Source: Epithemia pelagica
Lineage: Eukaryota > Protista > Bacillariophyta
Direction of reading: 5' to 3'
NCBI GenBank assembly: GCA_946965045.2
Contig: OX337241.1
Span: forward strand, 1,612,001-1,676,000
Length of the DNA: 64,000 nt
Positions within the stretch are counted from its first letter, which is position 1. Every line of letters begins with the position of its first letter. The position numbers were made by a program, and so were the translations under genes. Below the pieces are notes generated by a model. That model was not told where the DNA came from. It saw only the letters and a program-made list of their open reading frames with translations, and did no database searches. Of this stretch, positions 1-11,598 are shown piece after piece.

Positions 1-525
1 GTCAAATTTTCTTGTCGTTGTATGATAGTCTTGTTTCGTTGCCTGTGATTTTCGCTTGACATATCGTAACATTGGTACGAATTGCTTCCCCCGATGTGTT
101 GATTGCAGTCTCATGGTAAGCCGTTGAGGGGGCGAACTCATACTCCTGAGTCTTCTATTGCCATTTGTTTGACGACTTGGTCGAACAATCTTACAGGTGT
201 ATATAGCATGTTTTAGAGATCGGACGTGTCGCAAATTTCTTCTTGTAGTTGAGACATTGTTCACACGCTCACTCCTTGAAGTTTGCCTTTCCTGAGAATC
301 CCAAGTGCTGACCTCCGACTCGAGCGCAGTTATATTGTCTCTCCGTCGTAGTTTGACATGTACGATGCTAGGCTCTTGCACTTCATACATACTCAACTGC
401 AGTTCAGTCCAAGAGGTCGGCAGGAACAGATAGGATCGTAACTGGCTTCTTCGCAGGTTTTTTCTTCGATCTCTGAAAAGTTCACGTCGCAGATTAAGAG
501 AATGGCCTCTATGAACCTCTGTCAT
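1..525 (-). CDS. Possible hypothetical protein running off the left edge of the window
   Basis: Manual translation gives a stop-free frame from ATG at 525 to base 1 (175 codons, MTEVHRGHSLNLRRELF...). No recognisable motif. Confidence 0.25.
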   Translation of the reverse strand, partial: MTEVHRGHSLNLRRELFRDRRKNLRRSQLRSYLFLPTSWTELQLSMYEVQEPSIVHVKLRRRDNITALESEVSTWDSQERQTSRSERVNNVSTTRRNLRHVRSLKHAIYTCKIVRPSRQTNGNRRLRSMSSPPQRLTMRLQSTHRGKQFVPMLRYVKRKSQATKQDYHTTTRKFD

Positions 526-1202
526 CTGTGGTGCCGTGAGAGATTCAAATAGACGTAAAGCATGAAAACGCCGAACAATTGCAAAGCCATTGAAGGGAGT
601 TTCAGTTTGAATCAACCGTGGCGATAAGTGGACTGTTTTCACCCATGACATTTGAAACGACAGAACGTTGGAGAGCAGACTAAAATGATTGTTCGTAAGA
701 CCACGTTGCGGCGACGTTATGATAGCAACCCGTTGATCACATCAGTCTCATGGTTTTTTGTAAAAAAGTGGCGCGAAGGCAAAAAGCTTTCCATCTATGT
801 ACGCTATCCCAACCGTACAACTCCTCTATCCTCTAGCTAGCTCCATATACTCCTACCAGTAGAGCTGTGCAAGTGGAGCTTGAAGTGGAGAGACGAAGCA
901 TCAAAAGTTCAGGTAAAGGGCATCGTTTGTACACGCAGAGCGCTATTGAACTTGAGCATTTTGCATTTCTGCTGGTTTGTCATCGTAATCGGAATGAACA
1001 TTGTTGCTTCGTAAGTATGTGGTATTCGAACCTTTCGAATCGACAATGAACTCCTCCATCGTCACAAGTTGGTTTCAACTATCAACCAGTACGAAGCATG
1101 TTTACAATTGGGAGAAAGAAGCAAGTTCCTCACAAGCTTTCCTTTTCTTAGGTAGCCTGCAAAGCAGCGAGAAATCCCGGGAAACTTCATGCATGCGAAC
1201 AG

Positions 1203-3351
1203 CTATGTACGCTTGATCTGACAAAGCTTTGTTTTCATATCTTTCATGGGAACTGGTTTAGTGACCCATTCATTGAACCCGATCTCCTTAAAATCGGTAC
1301 GCCCAACGCTGGCGGTCAAGCCTATTATGGGCAAATCAGTAAAACCCATGGTTCTTAGTCTTCTTGTTGCTTCTATGCCGTCCATTGTTGGCATCTAAGA
1401 AGAAAGTCAAACATGAAAGAAGCTATCCGTCAGATATGCTACAACCCATGGCGTGGCCACATACAGCACAACATAATCGTCAACTCACCTGGATGTCCAT
1501 TAGGCAGCAGTCATAATTTCCGTTCGCGATCATCTCTACAGCTAATTCGCCATTTTCTGCAAAATCACATGTGTGTCCCATACGTTTCAGCATGTGAGCA
1601 ACCAACTTTTGGTTGACCTTGTTGTCTTCAGCAACTAGAATGTTAAGAGTGTCAGGATCACCTCTGCACTTGAGTTGTCCTCTTTCACCACCATGGGCGT
1701 TTCGGCGGGTACTGTAAACCAAAACGAGGAGCCTTTACCCAACTCGCTATCAACGCCGATGGACCCTCCCATACCTTCAACTAACAGTTGGCAGATCGAT
1801 AAACCCAACCCAGTTCCGCCATACTGACGGGCCACAGCGGCATTGGCTTGCTGGTATTTCCGAAATATGACTTGTTTCTCTTCCTCTGCCATCCCAGAGC
1901 CTGTGTCCTTAACTTCAAATCTCACCATGGGTTTTCCTTGTTGCAACGCAAATGCATGAACGCTTATTCCACCAGCGGATGTGAACTTTACAGCATTGGA
2001 AAGAAGATTCAGTATTATTTGACGAAGACGATTTGGATCGCCTTGTATTCTAAACGGTACCATGGGGTCCCATTCCAAATGGAGATACAACTGTCGGTCG
2101 TCGCAACTCTGTCGAACTGCTTCGATAGATCCCTTTACAACGCTCAGTGGCTCATATGGTATGTGCTCTATCTTCATCTTCCCAGCCTCAAGCTTGCTGA
2201 AATCGAGCACGTCACTGATCACAGTCATCAGACCGTTGGCGGAAGTTTTGAGCAAGTTGACAAAAGATTGCTGTTCTTCTGTCATGGCAGTCTGATCCAA
2301 TAGGTCAATGAAACCTGTGACCTGATGCAATGGTGTCCGGATCTGCCAAGGTATACAATGGGTGAAACAGAAATTCATTCCATCGGATAAAGAGATAGAC
2401 ACGTACCTCGTGAGCCATTATGGCAAAAAATTCTGACTTTTGTTCCCGAGCAATTCGTTCTTGTTCTGCGCGATGGGCATCGGAGTTGTCGCGTGCACTG
2501 AATAATATGACATCTTCGGACGTGACAGGATCTTTTGATTTTCGCAGTTGGACCATGCATGATTTTTGGCCGACCCTTGTCTTGAGCTCTGCTTCAAGAT
2601 CGTAAGATTCATTCCGTTGGATTGCTTCCAATACTTTTTGCCCCATGACGGAGTCGACGAACCGATTGAGGAGCCCACCAGCTTCCCGTATCCTTCGGAC
2701 AGTGCCACTGCTAGACGTCGAAGCGGAACTTAAGGTGTTTGCACTGTTCACAGAATTATTGTCCTCTTGGTCGTCATCCGAGCCTTGGTTGCTCTTATCA
2801 GTGGCACGAGCGACCTCATTATCTTCATATCCCTCCAAAGCTAGCATTGCTTCCGGGTTTTGATAAAGTACACTACCATTCATGTCGAACTGACACACAG
2901 CAATTGGCAAATGTCTGAGCATCTCCACTCCCCTTGTTCTCTCGTTGAGTAATTCTTCCTTAACATATGGAATCCCCTCACATAGTAATGATATATGATT
3001 GTCGTCTTCCGATAGTCTTAGTCCACTCACATTCATGTGGACTGTCTTGGCTTTGCCCTTGGGATAGAGAGTCCATTCGTCGGATATATTACGTCCCTTT
3101 TCACATTCAATCATTAGAGCTTCACATCGCTTCACACTGGAGTCGCTCATGTCTTGAAAGCTTCTGCTGAAGAGATCGTCTCGAGTGCTGGCATTCCACA
3201 TTTTCAACCCAGCAGTGTTGGCCCATCTCATGCGACGATCGACCGAGTCGAAAATCCAAACTGGGTGCACGAGGATATCGAGCACTTCCAATTGATCAGA
3301 ACTGAACACTCGTTCAGGATCATAGTCGCAAGGCAATGACTTTGGGGGCAT
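1203..3351 (-). CDS. Hybrid sensor histidine kinase (PAS-like N-terminus, HisKA, HATPase, receiver), with one apparent frameshift
   Basis: H-box AHE|IRTPL is split by a GT-AG intron (2406-2343). N-box QIILNLLSNAVKFT, G1 DTGSG and G2 GGTGLGL are present. Receiver ILVAEDNKVNQ...CLMDIQ|MPTMDG is split by intron 1488-1395. Kinase and receiver are in different frames around 1650-1720. Confidence 0.85.
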
Positions 3352-3642
3352 TGAGGACGACGTGACATTGGGTTGTAAGTTGTAAGGACATCATGGCTGT
3401 AGTATTAATACTTCCCGGTGTCGAGTCCTTTCAAGGAGGGACCGCCCGGCGCGGAGGGTAGAATGACGAGGAGGGCAATGGTCGAGGAGGGCGCACGCCC
3501 GACAAGACAATTGCCCGTCGAGTCATTCTCCCGACAAGCCGGGCGCGCCCGACGCGAGAGGACGGCCAGACACAGGGAAGTAGTAAACTTACTCCCTATC
3601 AAGCTGTGCAGGTAGTGAGAATTTCCTGGAAGCCATATCACA

Positions 3643-3686
3643 AAGTGTCACACAAGTGTCACACAAGTGTCACACAAGTGTCACAC
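3643..3686. repeat. 4 perfect tandem copies of the 11-mer AAGTGTCACAC
   Basis: Read directly from the sequence. Confidence 0.95.
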
Positions 3687-4023
3687 ACGAGAGGGAAACC
3701 GCGCGACTCGCACGAAACTACTTCCCGGTCGTACAAAAAATTCCTACTGTAGTATAAAAATGTGAGACGAACTACCTACACAGTCTGGTATGGAGTTAGT
3801 ATGATGAGGTATCGCCCATTTGCAACGAATTGTCGAACAACGCGAGGACGGAGTTGGGGGAAATCGGTCCTCCCACCCGAAGAGTGCCTAGGCTAGGGGA
3901 GTTGACTATGATTGTGTTCCATTTAGATTGTTACTAGTAGATTATTTTTTGCTATATGTAGTATGTAGTTCAGCTCTCCCACAGATCACTCCAGTTAGAG
4001 CCGACAAGTTCACCAAATCGAAG

Positions 4024-5155
4024 TCATCCATCCATATGCTCTTCGTCCTCATCCAACATGACCACACGATTGGTCGCAACTTGTTCGTTGTCGACGTTCA
4101 CGTAAGTGCTGCGTAGTTCCACATGCACAATTGCGTCAAATTGCTGCGCTTGAACTTGATCGGTGAGCTCCTCCAAATTGATCGGGGTGAGGATCACGTC
4201 CCATTGGACAACTTGCTCCTCACATGGGAATGGAAGAGGGACTTCCATTGGGTCTGACCAAATGATGCGCTTGTCCTCCATTGTCTTCGTGATATCCCCA
4301 ACCTTGGCTTCGAATGCATTCTTGAGGGCCGAAAGCTCATGCAGAATGCCTAAACTTTGTAGAATGGCATTATTCATAGGCTTGCTGTAGAGACGGTCAG
4401 CAACCCGAACTCGGAGCTGCAAGTATCCGCCATCAGGGGTGACCGAGATCTTGTAGTGACTCTTGGGGCGGCACAGTCCATGGAAACGGGTTGTCACATG
4501 GTCTCGGCCACCATTAGCCTTGTAAACAAAAGAGAACCAAGGAAAATAAAACTTTTTCGACTCTGTCATCTTCTTGGACACCGTCATCCGTCCCATCTGA
4601 TTGGTCAAATCATCCAAGGCCGTGGTTGGTTGTAGCTTCGGATTTGGAGTTGACGCTTTCTTGGGCAGAGCTTTCTTGCGGGCTGGGGTTGTTCCGAGAC
4701 GAGCAACAGGCATGGTGTCGGCGATGAGTTCTTCGTTGTCTTCTTCTTCGGTATCTTCGAGGTCTTCTCCGAGTTCAAACTCGTCTTCGCTACCACTATC
4801 GTCCGAGATGTCACCAAGACGAAGTTCCTCTTGAGCGGCTTTCGATCCTGTGAATAGAAAAGTAGATTAGAAGACAGAATGAGTAACCAGTAATAAAGTA
4901 GCAAATCACAAACTTACGAGCACGATGTCCATCTTGTGTGCGGCTCACACAGAAATCTCTCGCCTTCTCTCGGAAGCGGTTCGCGAAGGTTTTCTCTCGC
5001 ATCACAGGCCAGTGCGCGACACGAACGGCCTCAATATCCTCGGGGTCTCGGAGGAGTGGATTGACACCACCACGCTTCTGTCGAAACAGTCGCAGCAGCT
5101 TGATGTCATCCTCTGGACCCCATCGAGGAGCCTTAACAGAAAGCTCGGCACTCAT
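4024..5155 (-). CDS. Harbinger accessory Myb/SANT-like DNA-binding protein (2 exons)
   Basis: Exon 1 carries RWGPEDDIKLLRLF (Myb-like first helix). GT-AG intron 4917-4848 joins HRAR|SKAAQEE in frame to an acidic linker and to the 4024..4713 ORF. Confidence 0.65.
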
Positions 5156-5474
5156 TCTGTTGGAACTACTTACGATTTACGCGAACCATCCAAAATTATG
5201 TGAGAAAGATGGCTTTTCTCTGGAGCAGGTTCCTTCGAAAAGTCATCGAGGTTCGAGTTCCGAGACCGGCATGCTTACCTGTGACACAATTGTGGAGTGA
5301 TTGAATACCGTCAAGACCAACTACTCTTGATTTTAGTATTCGTATCATTTATTGCCGTTATTCTATGGTTGAATTCGTGAATATGATCTCACGAGTGTCA
5401 ACAATACATGTGTTATTTGTTATATTCGTTTCTAATTTGTCACGGGCTATTGTATAGGCTATTATAATGGTCAT

Positions 5475-5681
5475 CCCGATATGATCGGGCTAGCCCGATA
5501 TGATCGGGCTAGCCCGAATTGTGCATGCCCTCCCGAATTGATCGGGCTAGCCCGAATTGTGCAAATTACTATGGGGTTTTACACGGTGTTTGCCCGATAT
5601 GATCGGGCTAGCCCGATATGAGCAGTTCTGCCCGATATGATCGGGATAGCCCGATATGATCGGGCTAGCCCGATATGAGCA
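5475..5681. repeat. Array of 19-bp self-complementary units CCCGATATGATCGGGCTAG and variants
   Basis: CCCGA at 5475, 5494, 5513, 5532, 5551, 5593, 5612, 5631, 5650 and 5669. Six of these are followed by ATCGGG. Confidence 0.95.
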
Positions 5682-6020
5682 TTTTGACTGGCTTGCGTGA
5701 CACATTATACAAGCCCCAATGAAAGGGCTATTGACAGAATGGTACCCAATTTGTACTTTACTACTAAGAAATGGTCCTAGTTTCAAACGATCAATTTATC
5801 AAACTCTCTCTTCAGTTTACATGTGTTCATATTGGCTTGCTTTCTACTACCGAGTCCACCTCCCTACAATATGCTGCTGTGTGTTATGATAAAATTTGGA
5901 TTTGGCAGTCGGGGGAGTAGGAAATCTTAAGCAAGATTCCGAACAGAGCCTGCCACTTTTCCAAACGGTTCCGAATGAACTTTCTCCTCAACTTTGTGAT
6001 CGGACCATCGGAATCACAAT

Positions 6021-6999
6021 ATGTTCACAATCCTACGTGCACTGTGGACTCCGTCGACCATGACGGATGCGCCTCCTCTGAAGCGCTCTCGCCTTCATGA
6101 GCTCTCCATAGAAGATATGATGCATAAGGCACGCATCATCTTCGGACGCGACCCATACAAGGAGCGGGCTCCAGAAACAGAGGAGCGGAAGTTTCGGGCA
6201 CTTTTTGGATGCTCACCCACTGTCATGCTTGCGTTGTGGAACCTTCTGGTAGAGTATTGTTTGTTGCCTGAAGGAGGCAGGCTCATCCATTTGTTTTGGG
6301 CCTTGATGTTCGTCAAAGTGTATCCCACAGAGGATACACTTGCAAAACTTTGCGCGGATCCAAGGGTCCATGATCGAAAAACACTTCGAAAATGGATTCG
6401 GCTGTTCATGACAGCCGTCTCCTACCTAACAGATATAGTGGTAAGTTGATTGCAATGTCGACCTGAATGTTTCCTATTATGGTCTAACCCTTTGGATTGC
6501 TTTTCTTTGGCAGATTGATTTTGATAATCGTCTTAGTGATGACGTTGGCAATGATTGCCTTGTCAATGTGGATGGCACGGATTTTCTTATTCGCCACAAT
6601 GGGCGCAAATTTTTCTCCTACAAGTATCAGCACTCCGGTCTCCGCTACGAGGTTGCAACGTGCATTCGCACGGGAGATCTGGTGTGGATTTCTGGTCCAT
6701 GGGAGCCAGGCATCTACAACGATCTGTCTGTGTTCCGCAACAGCGGAATCATCAATCTACTGGACGAGGGTGAACGCGTGGAAGCCGATGATGGCTACCG
6801 TGGTGAAGCGCCCATGTATGTCCGTTGCCCGTGCGTCTGTGGAACGGCAATCGAAGAATTCGAACGGATGGAAGCAATCTGCCGACGACGCCACGAAACA
6901 ATCAACAAACGATTTAAACAATTTGGCGCCCTCAAACAAGTGTGGCGCCACCAGCTCATAAAAGGAGTAAACCTAGGCGGTTTTAGTAATAGCTTTTAG
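6021..6999 (+). CDS. PIF/Harbinger DDE transposase (DDE_Tnp_4-like), C-terminus apparently truncated
   Basis: GT-AG intron 6441-6513 joins TDIV|IDFDNR. Catalytic motifs VDGTD, EADDGY and RHETINKRFK are present. Similarity is lost after VWRHQLIK. Confidence 0.85.
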
Positions 7000-7683
7000 G
7001 TCGCTTTTATACTTTCACATGAAATCAATGTGAAGGTCATGAAAAGGTATCGCTAGGAAGTATGAATGGAAAGTGCAAACAACGAAGTGTCGCCAATAAT
7101 CCATGGGTATTGTCAATTTCTTGAATCTCTACGGGGGATGTGAGATTGAGCTTTGGGATATTTTTTGAGATGCCTTGAGCTTGCTTCTTATATATTTGTA
7201 TAAAACGTCCACTCTCTACTACGAGTACTCAACGGATTATTGTAAGGTTACTCGTCTTTCGCGATTCGTGACTCTCTACAATACTAAGAGAGGTTAGTTG
7301 CTCCTACTACTCCTAGGAGTAACAGCTACTCCTCTCGAGAGTACAGGAGTAGCTACTCGGGGCCATCAATCTCCAAGCTAGGTCCTCCTAGAGAAGAAAG
7401 AAGCAGCGAGCAGATCAATGAACGAAGTGAAAATACATGAAAAAGTAATGAAGTTTCTCCTTTCCATCAGTAAATAGACCACATGATCACCAAACGTTCA
7501 TTTGAGAATTTCCATCCCCCCGCTAATCATATATATCGGCTCGTAATGACAGAAAATATTGACTTCGTTCGTGTGTACCAGGACAGCAATAGAGCAATGT
7601 ATCTGGTAAATTGCAAACCTGATTTCAGTTGCTTTGAAACTTTGCTTCATGTTTGTATGGTGATATCTTGATTACTTTTGACA

Positions 7684-7995
7684 TTAGTCCAAAAGCTTTT
7701 CGAGTTTGCCGCTATGGTATGCATGGTACAAATCATCATTTCCACCGACATGCTGGTTCATGACAAAAACATTTGGTACAGTTCGTTGACCTGTCAGTTG
7801 GAGAAGGGCACGCTGAATTTCAGCTCCATCGTTTTCCAAGTCTAACTCATGAACCTTGACTTGCACATTTCCCATCGATTGCAACAGTTGCTTCGTCTGT
7901 CGACAGAACGAACAGTATGATTTTGACCAAACAACTACCTGGTTGTTCGCATTTTCCGTTTTGATGTATTTCAGAATGTCGTCACTTTTGGTCAT
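7684..7995 (-). CDS. Glutaredoxin (CSFC active site)
   Basis: VVVWSKSYCSFC, GQRTVPNVF and HVGGNDD glutaredoxin motifs. Confidence 0.9.
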   Translation of the reverse strand: MTKSDDILKYIKTENANNQVVVWSKSYCSFCRQTKQLLQSMGNVQVKVHELDLENDGAEIQRALLQLTGQRTVPNVFVMNQHVGGNDDLYHAYHSGKLEKLLD

Positions 7996-8400
7996 GTTTG
8001 GAATGCTCCTTCGACTGATTGCTCTGTTGAGTCCAAAGTCCAAGGCTGCGTTTGGTTCTCTCAGGTTTTCGGTTCCCGTCTTCTACCATATGTGTTCTCA
8101 GCAATGCGCTTTATGGCCTAGAATCATGGTCGACGTGAGCGTGACTGGGAGATAGGCATCAATACCCGTCGGTCGTGAGCAGGTAAGAGCGAGTGCGAGA
8201 AGGCGCGAGAAACAATGTTCATCTATTTGGGCCTGTTCTGAGCCTGAGAAGTTTCAAATAGAGCCGCTCGAGATTTGGAAGCATCTGGAACAATCCTTCG
8301 AAAAGCATTCCCCGCTCGCGCAGTCACTCGGAAATTTGGGAGACGGCCTTTTATTCGTCTCACAAAAACGAAAATCATAACAAAACAACGCGCAACAACC

Positions 8401-9084
8401 ATGGCAAGAAACAGCAACAACGACCTTCTTCAGTTCATTCAATCTGAAAACAGCAACAACGAAGTTGTTGTTTGATCTAAATCATACTGTCCCTATTGCC
8501 GACAAACAAAACAACTGTTTCGATCACTGGGAAATGTACAAGTGAAGGTCCATGAACTTGACCAGGAAAAGAACGGGGTGGCCATTCAACGAGTTCTATA
8601 TCAGCTGACAGGTCAGAGAACAGTTCCAAATGTCTTTGTCAACAACCAACACGTCGGTGGTAACGACAAGGTACAAGCAGCATACCACAGCGGCGAACTG
8701 TTGAAGCTGCTCAAGGCACAACATTGGTCAGACACCCAACGTGACGAAAACAAGAAGGACGAAGAGAGGACAGACGCTTTGAAATCACTGATCGAAAACG
8801 AAAACAAGACCCACCAAGTCGTTGTGTGGGCCAAATCATGGTGCCCTCATTGTCGTGCTTCAAGAGCATTGTTTGAAAATACTCCCGAGCTCAGAAATGT
8901 CGATGTAGCCGTTCACGATATCGATACCTTACCAAATGAGGACGCGTTGCAGAATGAACTTTATCAAATGACGGGGCAGACGACGGTGCCCAACATTTTT
9001 CTCAATGGAAAATATTTTGGTGGAAATAGCGATCTCCAAAAGGCCTTTCGAACTGGCACACTTAATCGACAGCTACAACAGTAG
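8401..9084 (+). pseudogene. Two-domain glutaredoxin (CPYC + CPHC) interrupted by in-frame TGA at 8473-8475
   Basis: EVVV*SKSYCPYC continues in frame into the 8542..9084 ORF. The neighbouring paralog and the second domain have W at this position. Confidence 0.85.
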
Positions 9085-9354
9085 TAAAAGAAGAACAGCA
9101 ACGAAATGGACAATATACTACCTAGCCTGTCTGAACCTACATTAAAACGATATCAAACATAAACACTCGTCGGACGCGTTTTATAGCCTTTGTCGAAAAC
9201 TCATTACGAATAAGTCGTGATTGCGACAGGACAGAAGTAGGATCAGTCCTTTGGTCCAAAGAAGTCACCATATGGCGAAGTGATGAGAAATGACAAGTTT
9301 TGAAATTCAGCACCTTTACAGTCGAGGACGACATCCTTAATCTCTTCCATTTGT

Positions 9355-11466
9355 TCATTTCCCAATGCAGAAATCGTTGAACAACTGGTCCAGCACATCC
9401 TCGACATCAATCGCCCCTGTCAAACGTCCCAATTCTGATGCGGCCAATCGTAACTCCTCCGCTGCTAGGTCGACTGTCACCAAGCCGTCTTGTTGCAGAA
9501 CAAGGAAACGATCCAGGGCCTCCAAGGCTACTTGAACATGCTGCCGATGCCTACCTCGAGTCATTAGTGGATCTTCCTGACCAGGCATACTTGCCTGTAC
9601 ATCTGTACATTTGTCCGGTGAATCTGACGTGCTACCCATGACCCGGCGCAAGATATGATCTGTCATCCCCTTTAGAAAAGAATCTATACCGTCTTGAGTC
9701 TTGCAGCTGATGTTGAAAGCGGCAGCAATTCTACTGTCATCCTCGCCAGGAAAGGACGCAGACCATTTCAATGTGTTTGGAGTTTCGTCACCGTTTGGCA
9801 TTGACAAATCAGCTTTGTTGAGAATGAGCATGACCTTTTCTCGTGGTATGTCATTAGCTGGGACCAAACGCTCAATTTCTTGCTCCAGAGAAAGGGTCTT
9901 CTTTGCTTTCGCCCCTTCCTTGTCCTCTGAGCCCTGGAAGGAAATGGAACTGGTATCGAGCATCACCAACACGAGATCAGCTTGTACAGCAGCTTTTTGA
10001 GCTCGCTTCATTCCCTCTTGCTCTATTGTATCCAGTGTTTCTTCCCTCAATCCAGCAGTATCCAGGAGGCGACATTTGACTCCACCCAAATTCAAGGACA
10101 CCGATAGGACGTCACGAGTCGTACCTTGAACTGGAGAGACAATAGCTGCCTGTTCGTCCTGGGCTAGAATATTGAACAAAGAGGACTTTCCGGCGTTGGG
10201 CGGTCCTACTATGGCAATGGAAAACCCTTGACGAACCCATTCGCCTCGATGTGCATTGTTCAGCTGCCGTTCCATTGACATTTTTAAGTTCCGAACTTTG
10301 TCCGTAACACCACCCCACAAACTTTGCTGAGCAACTTGTTGCTTCTGATCGTCATCCATTGATTCAGTTTCGTCCTCTTCCATTTCTAACAAGTGTTCGT
10401 CGTCACCAAAATCAATAATGGCTTCTGCGTGTGCCAATGAACTAGTCAATTGTTGCTTCCAATCTATGTACAATCGTGACAAGTCTCCTTGTAGCTGCGA
10501 GAGAGCTTGTTGCTTTTGAAGAACAGTGTCGGAAGCCAACAAATCTGCCAATGCTTCGACCTGTAAGACGTCGAGTTTCCCTGCCGTAAAGGCTCGATTT
10601 GTAAATTCTCCCGCTTCTGCATATCGTAGTCGTTCAACTATCGATTTCTCGTCTGACCAGAACTGGATTTTCTCCAAGGTGCTCAACACATCTTGTACCA
10701 CTGCACGGCTTCCGTGGCAATGTAGTTCCACCACATCCTCACCCGTATACGAGTGGGGCTTGGGAAAACACAGAACCAGGGCTTGATCCAACAGTCGTCC
10801 CTCGTATTTGAGCTGGACCAAAGTTGCAACACGAGGTGGACATGAACGCGTTGTCAGCTGATGCAAGGCTGCCATTGCACGAGGTCCGGATATCCGAATC
10901 ACAGCCACTGCCGTTGCTTGTCCTCCAAATATTCCAGAACCACTTGACAAGGCGAATATGGTGTCTTCCATGTTATTCGCGTTCATTTGGCCGTCAGAAT
11001 CTTGTTGTTGAGGTAGATCATTGTACAAGCGACGAGACGATGAGAACAATCGAATACACCTCGGTGCTGGAGACGTAGCGCCGAATCTTGATTCATCGTT
11101 GCGGATTCTTTGATAAACTCGTCTCGAGGAACAGCATGAAGTAACGAAGGCGAAATGTTTTCTTCTTCTTGATTGCTCCCTTCGTGGGCTGTTGGCATTC
11201 CACCTGAGTGCTGAGAAAATCCACGCACCTCTATCGCTTTGTTCCTTCACAGCATGCCATTGGCCGTCAATGGGATGGTGGATCCGTATTCTTGTTGTTG
11301 CTGTTGTTTGCAAGAATGCAAAAGTTTGGCGTTTGGCGTTGCTCGCGCCCACAAGCACAAGAGACATATCAACAGCAAGAGATCTCCAAATGAGGAAACC
11401 GATGCCACAGAACCACACCCGAACGGCTGATATGATGGGCCGCACGTATCGTCTCGGATCCCCCAT
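9355..11466 (-). CDS. mnmE: tRNA modification GTPase MnmE/TrmE (organellar), long N-terminal extension
   Basis: DTIFALSSG, AVAVIRISGP, YTGEDVVELHCHGS, GPPNAGKSSL, GTTRD, DTAG, NKAD and terminal FCIGK motifs. The start codon is uncertain. Confidence 0.92.
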   Translation of the reverse strand: MGDPRRYVRPIISAVRVWFCGIGFLIWRSLAVDMSLVLVGASNAKRQTFAFLQTTATTRIRIHHPIDGQWHAVKEQSDRGAWIFSALRWNANSPRREQSRRRKHFAFVTSCCSSRRVYQRIRNDESRFGATSPAPRCIRLFSSSRRLYNDLPQQQDSDGQMNANNMEDTIFALSSGSGIFGGQATAVAVIRISGPRAMAALHQLTTRSCPPRVATLVQLKYEGRLLDQALVLCFPKPHSYTGEDVVELHCHGSRAVVQDVLSTLEKIQFWSDEKSIVERLRYAEAGEFTNRAFTAGKLDVLQVEALADLLASDTVLQKQQALSQLQGDLSRLYIDWKQQLTSSLAHAEAIIDFGDDEHLLEMEEDETESMDDDQKQQVAQQSLWGGVTDKVRNLKMSMERQLNNAHRGEWVRQGFSIAIVGPPNAGKSSLFNILAQDEQAAIVSPVQGTTRDVLSVSLNLGGVKCRLLDTAGLREETLDTIEQEGMKRAQKAAVQADLVLVMLDTSSISFQGSEDKEGAKAKKTLSLEQEIERLVPANDIPREKVMLILNKADLSMPNGDETPNTLKWSASFPGEDDSRIAAAFNISCKTQDGIDSFLKGMTDHILRRVMGSTSDSPDKCTDVQASMPGQEDPLMTRGRHRQHVQVALEALDRFLVLQQDGLVTVDLAAEELRLAASELGRLTGAIDVEDVLDQLFNDFCIGK

Positions 11467-11598
11467 GTGCCTTCTTCCAATGGTTGGTGCAGTTGGTCCT
11501 TGGAGATTGTCGACCTCCGCACCCAGGCCACACTGCTCTGAAAACGAAGACTATGCAGAATCCGTGGCCTACAAGATACAAAAGATACCTTTGTCTAC

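Larger units (their letters stand above)
4024..6999. mobile_element. PIF/Harbinger-type DNA transposon (divergent Myb-like ORF and DDE transposase); ends not resolved, right end apparently truncated
   Basis: Two-gene architecture typical of PIF/Harbinger (see the two CDS features). No convincing TIR/TSD pair found. Confidence 0.8.

Noticed and set aside
3840-3900. Helitron 3' end or Harbinger left TIR around GCCTAGGCTAGGGG
   Set aside because: The hairpin is imperfect and no matching opposite end or TSD was found.
5475-5681. CRISPR-like array
   Set aside because: Units abut directly or are separated by short non-uniform linkers; there are no unique equal-length spacers and no cas genes.
8473-8475. 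Selenocysteine UGA in glutaredoxin
   Set aside because: The TGA aligns with Trp, not with an active-site Cys; both CPYC cysteines are normal codons.
11200-11466. Bipartite plastid targeting signal on MnmE
   Set aside because: A hydrophobic stretch and TFAF are suggestive, but the true start codon is unknown, so it is not called.
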